Assembly: GCA_002269645.1 (NCBI GenBank) | Contig: NIVC01000064.1 | Coordinates: 62,001-126,000 of the forward strand | Source of the DNA: Macrostomum lignano | Taxonomy: Eukaryota | Direction: 5' to 3' | Length of the DNA: 64,000 nt | Shown here: one piece after another, positions 37,867 through 49,637 of the stretch | Position numbering within the stretch: the first letter of the stretch is position 1 | Layout: each line of letters opens with the position of its first letter | Notes under the pieces: generated by a model | The model's database searches: none | Seen by the model: only the letters and a program-made list of their open reading frames with translations | What the model was told of the DNA's origin: nothing | Program-made: the position numbers and the translations under genes

Positions 37867-39701
37867 TTATTTGCTTGTCCTGCCCGCCGCACCAATCATC
37901 ATCGGGTACTTTGTCGCCGAATCGACTCTGCTGACGTCAACAGCGGCACTGCTGCTGCCGTTTTGGTTGCTGCTGTAGCTGACACTGATCGTTGACCCTC
38001 GACGACGAGCGTCTCGAGCATCGCTGTCTCCGGGCTGACCTTCACGTTGAGTAGCCATGCAGCGCGTGACCAGAGTGCAAGCCAGCGAATAGCAGAATCC
38101 CACAGCCAGGCCGAGAGACACGTCCAGCACGAGGACAGACACAGCGGTCAGAAGCCAAGTGCTCAAGTCCAGGTACTTGGCTTCACGCCACAGTTTAGGA
38201 ATATCGGTCACTTGTTTAAACACCCCGACTAAGGACACGACGATGACGGAGGCCAGAGCGCATTCGGGAACGGCTTCGAACAACGGGCCAACTGCTAGCA
38301 CAACCAGTAGCAAGACGAGGCAGCTCACTGCTGAGGCCACCTGCGACTTCATGCCCGCTCCGACCACCACGGTGCATCGAGCCAGCGCGCCAGTAGCGTA
38401 GAAGCACTGGAAGAAGCTGCCAAACAGACTGGACGTTCCCAGTACAAAAAGTTCTCCATTGTAATTAACTTCATAGTCAAACTGCAGGGCGTACATTTTC
38501 CCGATAGACAGGGACATGGCCGCGCCGACTAAACTAACAGGCAGGCACGGGAGCAGGACGTTTGGCATGAAGGAGAAATCCGGTACTAGCGGTAGCGGCA
38601 AGCCTCTCGGACGGTTCCGACTACGTCAACGCTGAAGCGCGACTGCAATTGCAACGCGTGTGACGCCACCAGCGCCGATAAAATGATGAGCAGTTCAACT
38701 GGCAATGGAACTTTGATGCACTTTTTGACGCGCGGATTCAGGTACTCTTTCATTAAGTAGAGCGGCACCATGCACGCAACGGAGGTGATTACGGTGGTCC
38801 AGTTAGTCGACGCGATGTCGTTAATTATTCCGGTGTAGCTGGCAATCAGTTTAACAAAGTTGTCGCCGCCAGTTGGCTGAACGCCCAGCAGCATCGGCAC
38901 CTGGCTGGTGAAGATGTGCACAGCTGCGGCTGTTGTAAAGCCGCGAAGCATCGGGTTGGAGACGTACTTCATCACAAAGCCGAGCTGCAAGGTGCCAAGC
39001 GCCATGTTGATTACTGATGCCGCAAAACTGCCTAAAACGGCGACTTGAAGTCTAGCGTATTCTTCCACGGTGAGTCCTCCGTAGTACTCATCGGAGTCGC
39101 TCGAAAAGTCGGCATTTAGATTGATCTCATCAACCTCTGAGTATAAAGAGCAATTACTTATGGTGCTGTTAGAGCCCGGAAGCTGGTCCATGTACTGACG
39201 ATAGGTCGTCCCGATCATGTCCGCTAGCAGCAGCGAGGTCAGCGAGAAAGTGCCTATTGATTGGTGAAGCGACCTGCCTATCAGAGAGTAGAGAGCCACG
39301 GGTATCAGCGAGGTGTACAGGCCGTTGATGGGTTTTAAACCAGCCAGCAAGCTATTGGCCAGGCCTTGTGGTATGTGAAAGACGCTCATTGTTAACCCGG
39401 CGAGCAGGTCCGACACCAGAGCTTTGCTTGAGTAGCTTCCGCCAGAGATCAGGGAATAGAACGGGAACAACAGCTGGAACAAGCTCTCGGCTCGGTGCTT
39501 CAGCGCTACCATCGTTGGCTCGCTGCAGCATGAGTTGCAGCAATTACTGCAGCCGCCGCGAAACGGCTTCTTACCGAGCAGGCCTTGTCGTCTCGTTGTT
39601 GAAGATCCGTACAGATGGTGCAAATCGTCCGACAACAACGGAACTGTTTCCGATCGAGTGCTCTCCAACAGATCAGCCTCTGATTCAGTTGCCGTTGTCA
39701 T
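37867..39701 (-). pseudogene. STAS-less intronless SLC26, copy 2, frameshifted
   Basis: One G is missing at ~38610 (cctctcggacgg vs cctctcgggacgg in copies 1 and 3). This could also be an assembly indel. Confidence 0.75.
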
Positions 39702-40079
39702 GATCTCCCCGCGGAGCCTGTCCGACGAAATTCCTTGCTAAAAACTGCGACAAATAAGTTTTTGCGAGCGCAATAAAGAGCTCCTTGCACGCTAAACTAG
39801 ATCGAGCGCATTGCTTAAGAATAGAAGCAGAGAGAGATCTCGCCCTAATGGACGAACTGGTTGCAACGCCAATGCCAGATTGATACTCTTATCAATTCGA
39901 AACATTTCGAGAGCAATTTTTGACCGCACTTTGAGGGAGCGCCTGCCGTTATTCTCTTATAATATTCTGCATGTGTCGTGGCTTTTTACTAAGGCACCAA
40001 TAGACGGTAGGTCGTTATTAATTGTCAGTACTGTACAATTTATCGCATGTCGATCTTCACTATTTTTAACATTTGTCAT

Positions 40080-40592
40080 CTGCGGCAGATCTGGCGCATC
40101 CCCCATAGCGACTTAATCATGTGGCTCGTGGCAGCGCTCTCCGTACTCATCCTGAATGTGAGTTGGCTATCGGTCTGGGCTCCTTGGCTATCGGTCTGGG
40201 CTTCACCCTGTTCTCCGTGATCCTGCGCACCCAGTCGGCCAGAATAGCGGTCCTTGGCCACATTGGCGACAAAGACATCTACAGAGACGTCCGCGAGTAC
40301 CCAGCGGCAGAGGAGCTGCCGGGGCTGAAAATGGTCTGTTTCGACGCTCCGTTGAACTTCGTCAACGCGGAAAGATTCCGAGACATTGTGCTGCAGCTGG
40401 TCGATGACTCTGATTGTCTCATTTTTATCTCACTGTGAACAACGCCGTGATGTTTACCAGTCGCGTGGCACCGATTTACCAAACAGATACGGTCAGTGAA
40501 GTTCAAGGAGTCAAAGACACCATTGTAATAGAAATGACTACCCCCCCCCCCGATACCTCGTAACAAGGAGGTTGGAGTGGTGCTGATTTTAA
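40080..40592 (+). pseudogene. SLC26 TM13-14/STAS fragment, copy 2
   Basis: Near-identical to 30999-31465. Confidence 0.88.
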
Positions 40593-41787
40593 CTTAGCTT
40601 TTGTTGTTTTAGTAGTTGCATAATCCGAACGAAATAGTGCAGTTGTTAAATTTTTAATACGAACTGTTTTTTATTACCAAATCTAACGCTAGAAATACGA
40701 AGTTATAAAGTGCACGTCATAAATCATTATGTATTTTTTACTTTGCGAGTTTGTAACACAGCAGTTATGTCTGTGAAGAAATATTTTTAGTTCAAAACGG
40801 TGCTCGATTGATTCTCAGTCAGAAATAGGCGTGCTTGTCTCTGGCCCAAACTGCTGTCTCTGTCTGTAGGCTTTGGGTGTCTTTTAGCATGGCTTAGCAT
40901 GACTTAGCATGGCAACAGCCACGATTTTGAAACATTTCCGTTTGTCATCATTGCCGAATAATTAAAGCAACTTTGATACGCATTTTTCGTACCAACTTTA
41001 AGTGACAACTATACTGACATCGGTGTTGGTAAGTTGTAGCAACGCAACTGGCAATTTTTTTCTTCTATTGATTTTTCTTACACTAATTGTGCAATCCATC
41101 ACTATATACTGTATTGTTGGAGAATAGGAGAGTTTGAGAATGCGGTACTGTGGGGGATTCAGGTGGGTGAGGGGCGGAGAAACTGGGGCGATGTACGCGA
41201 ATGGTTGCTAGTGTAAAGTATACTCGTAAGAAAGCAACGCTACTGCCAGTCACTGTGCAGTGAGAATAACGCAAAGACCTCACTTGTCCGAACTAATGAT
41301 TATATATTAAACGAGTGCAGTTAGTCATCTGTTAGCTTACGGCGAGGGCGAGGGCGGAAAATTGACGTGAATAGTAAAAGTTAAGCGAGCAAGTACAAGT
41401 CCGGAAGAAACATAACAGAGGTTTAAGCTTTAGAGACGTTAATAAAATAAGTGGGTCTGTTGCGTGAGCATTGAGTAAATAGCAGCGGGAAAAAGGAAGT
41501 GAGTGTACGGAATGGTTGGGGCGGGTGGTGAAGCAGACACGAAGGGGCGGTCAACGTTAAAAAATATACGTTTAAAACACCGTTCGTACTGTGTGTACAA
41601 ATAATTATTGAATGGTAACTATAAAAATAATAACTAGTAAAAATCTGGATAAAAGTATTTCATTCAAAGCTTCTTTTCTAAATATTACAACTTATGATTT
41701 GAAATCTAAAGCCAAGGAAACACCGTCACAAAGTAAAAAATTGTCAGGCACTTTATTAAGTTCACTTCAAACTTCACCTACAAAGCT

Positions 41788-42340
41788 CTAAATAGTGCTC
41801 TTAGGGATTGACACAATTTCAAAGCTATCACCACTATGGCACTGCTCAGTGATTCCAACATTGTAGATGCCACAGAATGCTGCAATGGCCGCTCCAGTGC
41901 CAGCAGCCGCTGCTCCTGACAGTCCAGCTGCTCCAATGCTCTGGCCAACAGACACCACAAATGGGGTGACGCCTGCTCCAAAAGATTGTATCCAGGCTGC
42001 AATTGAGCCAGCAGCAATTCCAGCTGCTTTAAATCCAACCAGACCAGCAGCCCATGGTACAGCAACAATGGATCCAGCACCAGCTGCTATTCCAGCACCA
42101 ATGCACGTTCCCACTCTCCAGTAATTGTAGCCTGAGTAAGAAAAAACATACAGAATGCCATGTGAAAATTAGCCATGCAAAGTGACTGAAACTGGCCTTG
42201 TTGTAGACAGGTGCAAAAATTTAGTTATACTGAATAGACTTACAAGTTTTGACCTGCTGTTCTTTGTCGCAGGCAAAACATGGTCCAAGTTGGATGGAAA
42301 GCAGAAGAGCCAAAACTAGAAGCACTTTAGCGGGCTGCAT
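41788..42340 (-). CDS. IFI27/ISG12-like protein with signal peptide, copy B
   Basis: Exons 42340-42244 and 42131-41788, same phase-1 intron; GFKAAGIAAGSIAA..GQSIGAAGL. Confidence 0.8.
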
Positions 42341-42644
42341 TTTTGTCAACTCCGAAAGTTATTTTAAAACATGCGAAAATTCACTATATAGTTTTTATAT
42401 TGTGAAATGAACGAGAATGCCAATGCGTCAGCACTGGCATACACATATATAGAGATGAGGGAAGGGGTGACCGAGAGAGGAAGAGAGAGGAAGAAAGACT
42501 TTAAAATATTATATTATTCAAGGCAGTGTACTTTTTAGTCAATGAGAGCCCACAGGCACAATGCAAAAGCAATGAATGGCTTTGAGCCGGGTAGGGTTAG
42601 CGCCCAAGCAGTTTCTCCCTTGTGCCGTTGTTAGGCAACCCTCA

Positions 42645-42804
42645 ACCCCCCCCCCCACAAAGCGTTTGCTTTGAGTCTTCTGTATCGTGTGTTTGCAGGC
42701 TGGCTTGGCCCTCAAACCTCAGCTTCGTTATTCTCAATGAACTCCTTCGGCGACTAGTCAGTGCTCGCATCTTGAGCAAGGGCTCTGTGACTGAGTAGCG
42801 ACTG
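42645..42804. mobile_element. 160-bp insertion flanked by a 12-bp direct repeat (aggcaaccctca); probable truncated retroelement
   Basis: Absent from unit A at ~33930. Direct repeats at 42633-42644 and 42805-42816; C-run at the left end. Confidence 0.65.
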
Positions 42805-42837
42805 AGGCAACCCTCAGTAGTAAGCATAATTTTACGC

Positions 42838-44315
42838 GCATAGCCTTTTTTGCATGGCGAAACCAATAGAAGTCCCAAGCATTAGTTCAATGGGGATATA
42901 CGCATAGCCTGTTTTTGCATGGCGAAACCAATAGGAAGTCCCAAGCATTAGTTCAATGGGGATATACGCATAGCCTGTTTTTGCATGGCGAAACCAATAG
43001 AAGTCCCAAGCATTAGTTCAATGGGGATATACGCATAGCCTGTTTTTGCATGGCGAAACCAATAGAAGTCCCAAGCATTAGTTCAATGGGGATATACGCA
43101 TAGCCTGTTTTTGCATGGCGAAACCAATAGAAGTCCCAAGCATTAGTTCAATGGGGATATACGCATAGCCTGTTTTTGCATGGCGAAACCAATAGGAAGT
43201 CCCAAGCATTAGTTCAATGGGGATATACGCATAGCCTGTTTTTGCATGGCGAAACCAATAGAAGTCCCAAGCATTAGTTCAATGGGGATATACGCATAGC
43301 CTGTTTTTGCATGGCGAAACCAATAGAAGTCCCAAGCATTAGTTCAATGGGGATATACGCATAGCCTGTTTTTGCATGGCGAAACCAATAGAAGTCCCAA
43401 GCATTAGTTCAATGGGGATATACGCATAGCCTGTTTTTGCATGGCGAAACCAATAGGAAGTCCCAAGCATTAGTTCAATGGGGATATACGCATAGCCTGT
43501 TTTTGCATGGCGAAACCAATAGAAGTCCCAAGCATTAGTTCAATGGGGATATACGCATAGCCTGTTTTTGCATGGCGAAACCAATAGGAAGTCCCAAGCA
43601 TTAGTTCAATGGGGATATACGCATAGCCTGTTTTTGCATGGCGAAACCAATAGAAGTCCCAAGCATTAGTTCAATGGGGATATACGCATAGCCTGTTTTT
43701 GCATGGCGAAACCAATAGGAAGTCCCAAGCATTAGTTCAATGGGGATATACGCATAGCCTGTTTTTGCATGGCGAAACCAATAGGAAGTCCCAAGCATTA
43801 GTTCAATGGGGATATACGCATAGCCTGTTTTTGCATGGCGAAACCAATAGAAGTCCCAAGCATTAGTTCAATGGGGATATACGCATAGCCTGTTTTTGCA
43901 TGGCGAAATCAATAGGAAGTCCCAAGCATTAGTTCAATGGGGATATACGCATAGCCTGTTTTTGCATGGCGAAACCAATAGAAGTCCCAAGCATTAGTTC
44001 AATGGGGATATACGCATAGCCTGTTTTTGCATGGCGAAACCAATAGGAAGTCCCAAGCATTAGTTCAATGGGGATATACGCATAGCCTGTTTTTGCATGG
44101 CGAAACCAATAGAAGTCCCAAGCATTAGTTCAATGGGGATATACGCATAGCCTGTTTTTGCATGGCGAAACCAATAGAAGTCCCAAGCATTAGTTCAATG
44201 GGGATATACGCATAGCCTGTTTTTGCATGGCGAAACCAATAGGAAGTCCCAAGCATTAGTTCAATGGGGATATACGCATAGCCTGTTTTTGCATGGCGAA
44301 ACCAATAGAAGTCCC
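42838..44315. repeat. Satellite, 65/66 bp unit, ~22-23 copies
   Basis: catagcctgtttttgcatggcgaaaccaatag(g)aagtcccaagcattagttcaatggggatatacg. Confidence 0.97.
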
Positions 44316-44467
44316 AACCCCTACACAATGCATTCCATCCTTTCCAGGCTCATTTACCAAACCTCGTTCCCTCCATTTTCTTTTTCTTTTGGTAGTTCAA
44401 TGCGTTGACCGTTGCTGTCACATAAAAAGACGCACACACACGCATGGCACGCATGACGCACATACAC

Positions 44468-44600
44468 GGCAACAGTTTCGTGTACAAGCAAAATATGACA
44501 ACAGTTTCGTGTACAAGCAAAATATGACAACAGTTTCGTGTAACAAGCAAAATATGACAACAGTTTCGTGTAACAAGCAAAATATGACAACAGTTTCATG
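44468..44600. repeat. 29-30 bp tandem repeat acaacagtttcgtgt(a)acaagcaaaatatg
   Basis: 4-5 copies. Confidence 0.9.
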
Positions 44601-45579
44601 TATACGCTTGATATGTTTGAATGTACATTACTTCCAATGTACATCGCACATTGCAACATGATTGTGCACACCAAGATTAGGATAGTTAAGTTTACAAAGC
44701 CGCGAGAAATTATAAACCTAGTATAAATGACACAACCGACACTCGGCAGTCTGTTACAGTTTCCACACCGGAACCGATTGGTCAACTGCTCTCAGATCTC
44801 AGCTGTGGAGTGATGCAATTGCGTCACAGTGCGACAGTTTAATCTGTCTAAGACTCGTGAGGGAATCGCTGAGGTGTCAATTGGCTAATGGGGGAATTGC
44901 TGGAAATCTGATGCTCATGGGTGCTGCTGAGATGCCAAGGGTCAATTCAAAGTTGTTGGTTGGCCAAGAATCAAAAGGAGAGCTGGGTTTAAGCCTGACT
45001 TAAAGAGATGCTTTGAAGCCAAGGCTAGCTAGATACTTTCAGGAGTGATGTTCATTTGCTTTGAACATCATTTTCCTGAAGAAACTAGCGATGCTGACTG
45101 TAAAAGTATGCAGACTTGGCAGGCATTACCATCTCTGGTCCGCCTATGCCCCTCTATTGACGTCACTTCCACGTCTCCACCGCTCCCTGGGTTGGGTGGC
45201 GCAGCCGCTGCAGTTGCTGCGGGCGGCCCCAGCGCACTGCGCATCCCGCATGGAGAAGAGCCTTGATGGGGACGAGAGTCTGGGATGAATATATTTTCTC
45301 ATTGAATTATATGAATTATACAGTTGCATTTGCTGAGCGATTTTGACAAATGATTTGGCCCGGGCCGGCCCCCAGTTTCCCTTCCGCATCCCCTCTCTGC
45401 TCTGGACTCTCAAGCCCCAGTCCGACGGCCGTCCCACGGGCAGCCCCTGCCGCCAGAGGCCGATGTGGGCGGCAGTCGCAGCTCAGGGCCGGCGTTCCCT
45501 CCACTGGACTCGACTAACAAGTCGTCGATTCTCAACAACGCTACTGAAAGGCTGCGACTTCATTCTTGAATACTTTGAC

Positions 45580-45818
45580 CAGGGGCGGATTTGAGCCCCC
45601 CCAAAATAGCTTAACAGAACTGCGTAACAGAACTGCAAATAGCTTAACAGAAAATATTGCGCCCCCAAGAACCCAAGTTTGAGAGCCCCCTAAACTTGAT
45701 TTTTCGTCTCCTACACGCATTTTTTGCGCCCCCTAGCTTAAAAATTTGCGCCCCTTAAACGCGTGTTGGCGCCCCAAACTTTGAGCTGAAATGAAATGAA
45801 ACTCTAGATCCGCCACTG
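45580..45818. mobile_element. hAT-type MITE, 239 bp, 8-bp TSD actttgac
   Basis: TIRs caggggcggatt / gatccgccactg; actttgac at 45572-45579 and 45819-45826. Confidence 0.88.
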
Positions 45819-46981
45819 ACTTTGACAATCTGATCTGCAATCGCTTGATAGTTATACTCTGACTATAAATTTTCATATACATGCTTCGGACCAACTATTG
45901 ATACGAGTATAAGTGACAAATACTGTCATTGGGATTCGTAAGTAGTAGCAAGGCAACTGGCATTGTTTTCAATTTAGCTTTCCACTGTGAAAACTATATC
46001 TTTAATCATATATCTAGCTCGTAATTACATCTGAGAAAGAGGGTGTAATTTATATCTTACACAAGATATCTTAAAAAGATCTACAATGAAGCAAACATGC
46101 ATACACGCAGAAGTGAGAGGAATAATGAGTTCACGATCTTGGATGATGGATTATTGTCATTGCATCTACCAATAAAATTAGCTAGCTACATGTACCTTGA
46201 ACTTAAGGTACAGGCATTTTTCGGAAAGTGTCTTGCGAATGCATTTAGATCATGCTGATACAGTGGTAGCAAATACTACAATAACTAGATAGAGCATTCA
46301 GCACATTGTCCATAGTGGTGCAGGACACCTATTTATAAGCTCTCTGCCACCAAATCAGCGATCAAATCACACTACCAATGTACAATTAAAGGAATGAAAA
46401 TTGATGTACAACAATCGGGGGTGACCACGCGAAATTTTGTGTTTTACAGTATTTAGTATCTGTACTTTCTTACTCTACTTGAGCAATGAGCAATCGATCA
46501 CTGTATACTACTATACTGTATTGTCGGGAAACAAGGGAGTTTGAGAATGCACTATTGTACAAGCATTCAGTTGGGTAAGGGACAGAGAAAACAGGGGAGC
46601 AATGTACGGGAATGATTGCTAATGTAAAGTACTAAAGCAAAGCTACTGCCAGTGAATGTGCAATGAGAATAACGCAAAGGCCTCACTTGGCGGAACTATC
46701 GATTTTATTGTTTTTGTTAGATAGCTAGTGCAGCTGTTTATCTGTTAACACACGGCGATCGGGGTGAGGGCGAAAAAGTGACGTGATGAATAATAAAATT
46801 TGGACGATCAAGTACGAATCTGATATAAAATAATAGAGACTTAAGCCAAAGATATATACAAGCGTAGTGCTAATACAATATAAGCGGTCTGAGAGCATTG
46901 AGTAAATAGCAGCGGGAAAAAAGGAAGTGAGTGTAGGGGCGTAGAGAATGGTTGGGGCGACAAACAGGCACGGAGGTGGGG

Positions 46982-47500
46982 TCAGTGTTGGGCAAGTTAG
47001 TCAAAAAAAGTAACTTGCGTTACTGTAACTTAAGTTACCAATTTTTAAAAAGTAACTTACGTTAGCCTAGTAACTTTAGACAAAAACCCGGCAACTTTTA
47101 AGTTACTGTCACTTCCGTTACCCATGTTATTAACAAAATTTTCTGCTTTTTTCACATTGTTGTTAGTGAAATTTGCCATTGGGCATTGGGATTAACCGAT
47201 TAACAGACAGAGACAGGAATTGGCGACACGATGTGAGGCAAGTAGAAGGACCAATGGGCAATGGCAATCAATAATTAAAATTATAAATGATAATGAACGA
47301 ATATCAATAATTCATTATAGAGTAAAATAAATAGAACTGTATAAAATGGTGTAGAGTACTGCAGTGTCAGTGGAGGGACTTGTGGAGGCTACAGATGAAT
47401 TTCTGTCTTTGGTTGTTTGTTTCAATTAAACTTGAAAATTTTTAGTAACTTTCAAAAGTAACTATAAGTAACTATACAAAAATCTTTAAAAAGTATTTCC
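46982..47500. mobile_element. Probable non-autonomous hAT remnant with aagtaact/agttac subterminal repeats
   Basis: Begins cagtgttgggcaagtt where homology with 32780 breaks; many gtaact/agttac motifs; right end not found. Confidence 0.45.
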
Positions 47501-48047
47501 ATCAAAGTTCTTTTACATGTTACAATTTATGCTATCCTCAGCAGCATTGAAAAGTCGCTACTCTATGCGCCAGTGAGCAATTTCTATTAGACTATTCGGA
47601 AATAAAAGTTATGAGAAAACTGATCGGGGTAGCTTTAATCCATCCAACCCTCGCACACCGCTCCCTCACTTCATTCCTCAACTCAAATCTGCCGTGGCGT
47701 AGCTGAGTTGCGTCACTCGCAAAGATTGAGAGACTTTACCTGCACTCTCAGAAGTGACGACCACAGACAGAATCTTCTGTGATGGCGACTTTTCGATGTT
47801 GCTGAGTGTATCTAAAGACAAGGGAATCGTACTACAAAGCTGTCGTAGCGTAAGTTGAATCGAACATCGGAACTTTTACACTGCGGAGATAGGAGCTAAG
47901 AACGATCTTGGTGTTACGATGGCTTTATAGAACTGGCCCAAGGAAAATACTATCACAAAGTAAAAACACTCAACAGACGGTTTATTTAATTCACTTTAAA
48001 CTCTAAGGCTCAAAAGTCTAAAGTCTAAACTCTAAAGGCTCTAAACT

Positions 48048-48612
48048 TTAGGGCTCTGAATAGCGATTCTTGAGACTAACAATTTCATAGCTGTCACCAC
48101 TTTGGCACTGCTCAGTGATTCCAACATTGCAGATGCCACAGGATGCTGCTATGGCGGCTCCAGGGCCAGCAGCCGCTGCTCCTGGCAGCAAAGCAGCTCC
48201 AATTCTCTGGCCAATTAGCGTCACAGCTGGCATGCCTGCTCCGAAAAATAACATCCCGGGTGCAATTGGGACAGCAGCAATTCCCCCTGCTGGAAATTGA
48301 AATCCAAGCAGACCAACAGCCCATGGTACAGCAACAATACTTCCAACAGCTGCTGCTCCTCCCAAAGCAATGCATTTTCCAACTTTCCAGTAATTGTAAC
48401 CTGGAGTGAGCAATAATTATACAGAATGCGATGTGTAAAGCCATGCAAGCTAGGAGACTGCAACTAGCATTGTTGCAGGTGGGTGCGAAAAATTAGTTAT
48501 ATAGAATAGACTTACAAGTTTTGACCTTTTGATTTTTGTCACAGGCAAAACATGGTCCAAGTTGGATGGAAACCAGAAGAGCCAAAACTAGAATCACCTT
48601 AGCTGACTGCAT
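48048..48612 (-). CDS. IFI27/ISG12-like protein with signal peptide, divergent copy D
   Basis: Exons 48612-48516 (MQSAKVILVLALLVSIQLGPCFACDKNQKVKT) and 48400-48048, with intact frame and splice sites. Core altered to GFQFPAGGIAAVPIAP. Confidence 0.75.
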
Positions 48613-49637
48613 TTTTGTCAACTCTAAAAGTAGTTTTAAAAGATGCAAACTAGAGTTTATATATTAGACAAAAATAAAATGTGTTGGTGTTCAAACGTAT
48701 TCTGACAAAATTCAGTATATAATTGTCTATATTGTGAAATTAGCGAGAATGCAGAGCAGCCAGTTATTGGTGTGGTGTTCAAGACAGCGTAACTGGCTTT
48801 TTTTGAGTGTCGCGCTCGCCTTTCAATCCAGACAGAGTGTGCTGCCTTCAAAGAAGATTAATGGCTCTTTTTCGCTCCCAACCCCTTCTCCAACTCCCCA
48901 AACCGGCAGTCACCGTGGCAGCTCATTATTATCATTGCTTACCCAGTAAAAAACCACCTGCTTCCTAGAGACGTCCGCTCCGCAGACCGTACAGCAACTA
49001 GCTGCATGGCCGTTCAAATCAACAATCCTCATATCTTTCGACTGTCTTCTTATTTATTTATTTGGCGAATGCAATACAATCCCGGCGTTTTCCCTAGAGC
49101 TAGCATTGGGACACGCAAGACATGGGCATGAGTTCCCTGTTTTTCCTGCAATGTTTTTTTCCTGCAGCGAATTTAGCCACGTGGAAGATTTTGTCTGCAT
49201 CGCCCCCAATGCTTAGTAAGTCTTAATAAAGAGACTTAGAAGACAAATCGACGCTGGTATATAGAATTGAAAAGCTAAATAGAATATAACAGAGTAACAT
49301 CTGCTGTGCGGGCTAAAGAATGGTAATCTGCTCTGCCCAAGATCAAAAGCAACCATTGATTATGTGATGAAAAAAATTGTATCCGCAATGTATTTTCCTG
49401 GAAATGGGCTCCAAAAATTACACGATCTTAAAGTTTTCCGTCCTCAAACAAACATTGGTCCTTGAGTAAAATCCTTGAAGCGGAGCAAACTTTTTCTTTA
49501 TTCATTACAGCTTTATTCGCTTGTCACATGTCAAAACAGGAAAGTTTTCATAAATCTACAGACAACTGAAAACTGTAGCTCACTGCCTGTCGAGTTGTCA
49601 AACTCTATGATGCAGTGCTCTATGAGCCACAATAGTT

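Larger units (their letters stand above)
35945..42640. repeat. Segmental duplication unit B
   Basis: Colinear with unit A; lacks the SINE. Confidence 0.92.

Noticed and set aside
42838-44315. CRISPR-like array
   Set aside because: Units are contiguous with no unique spacers, and the context is eukaryotic.
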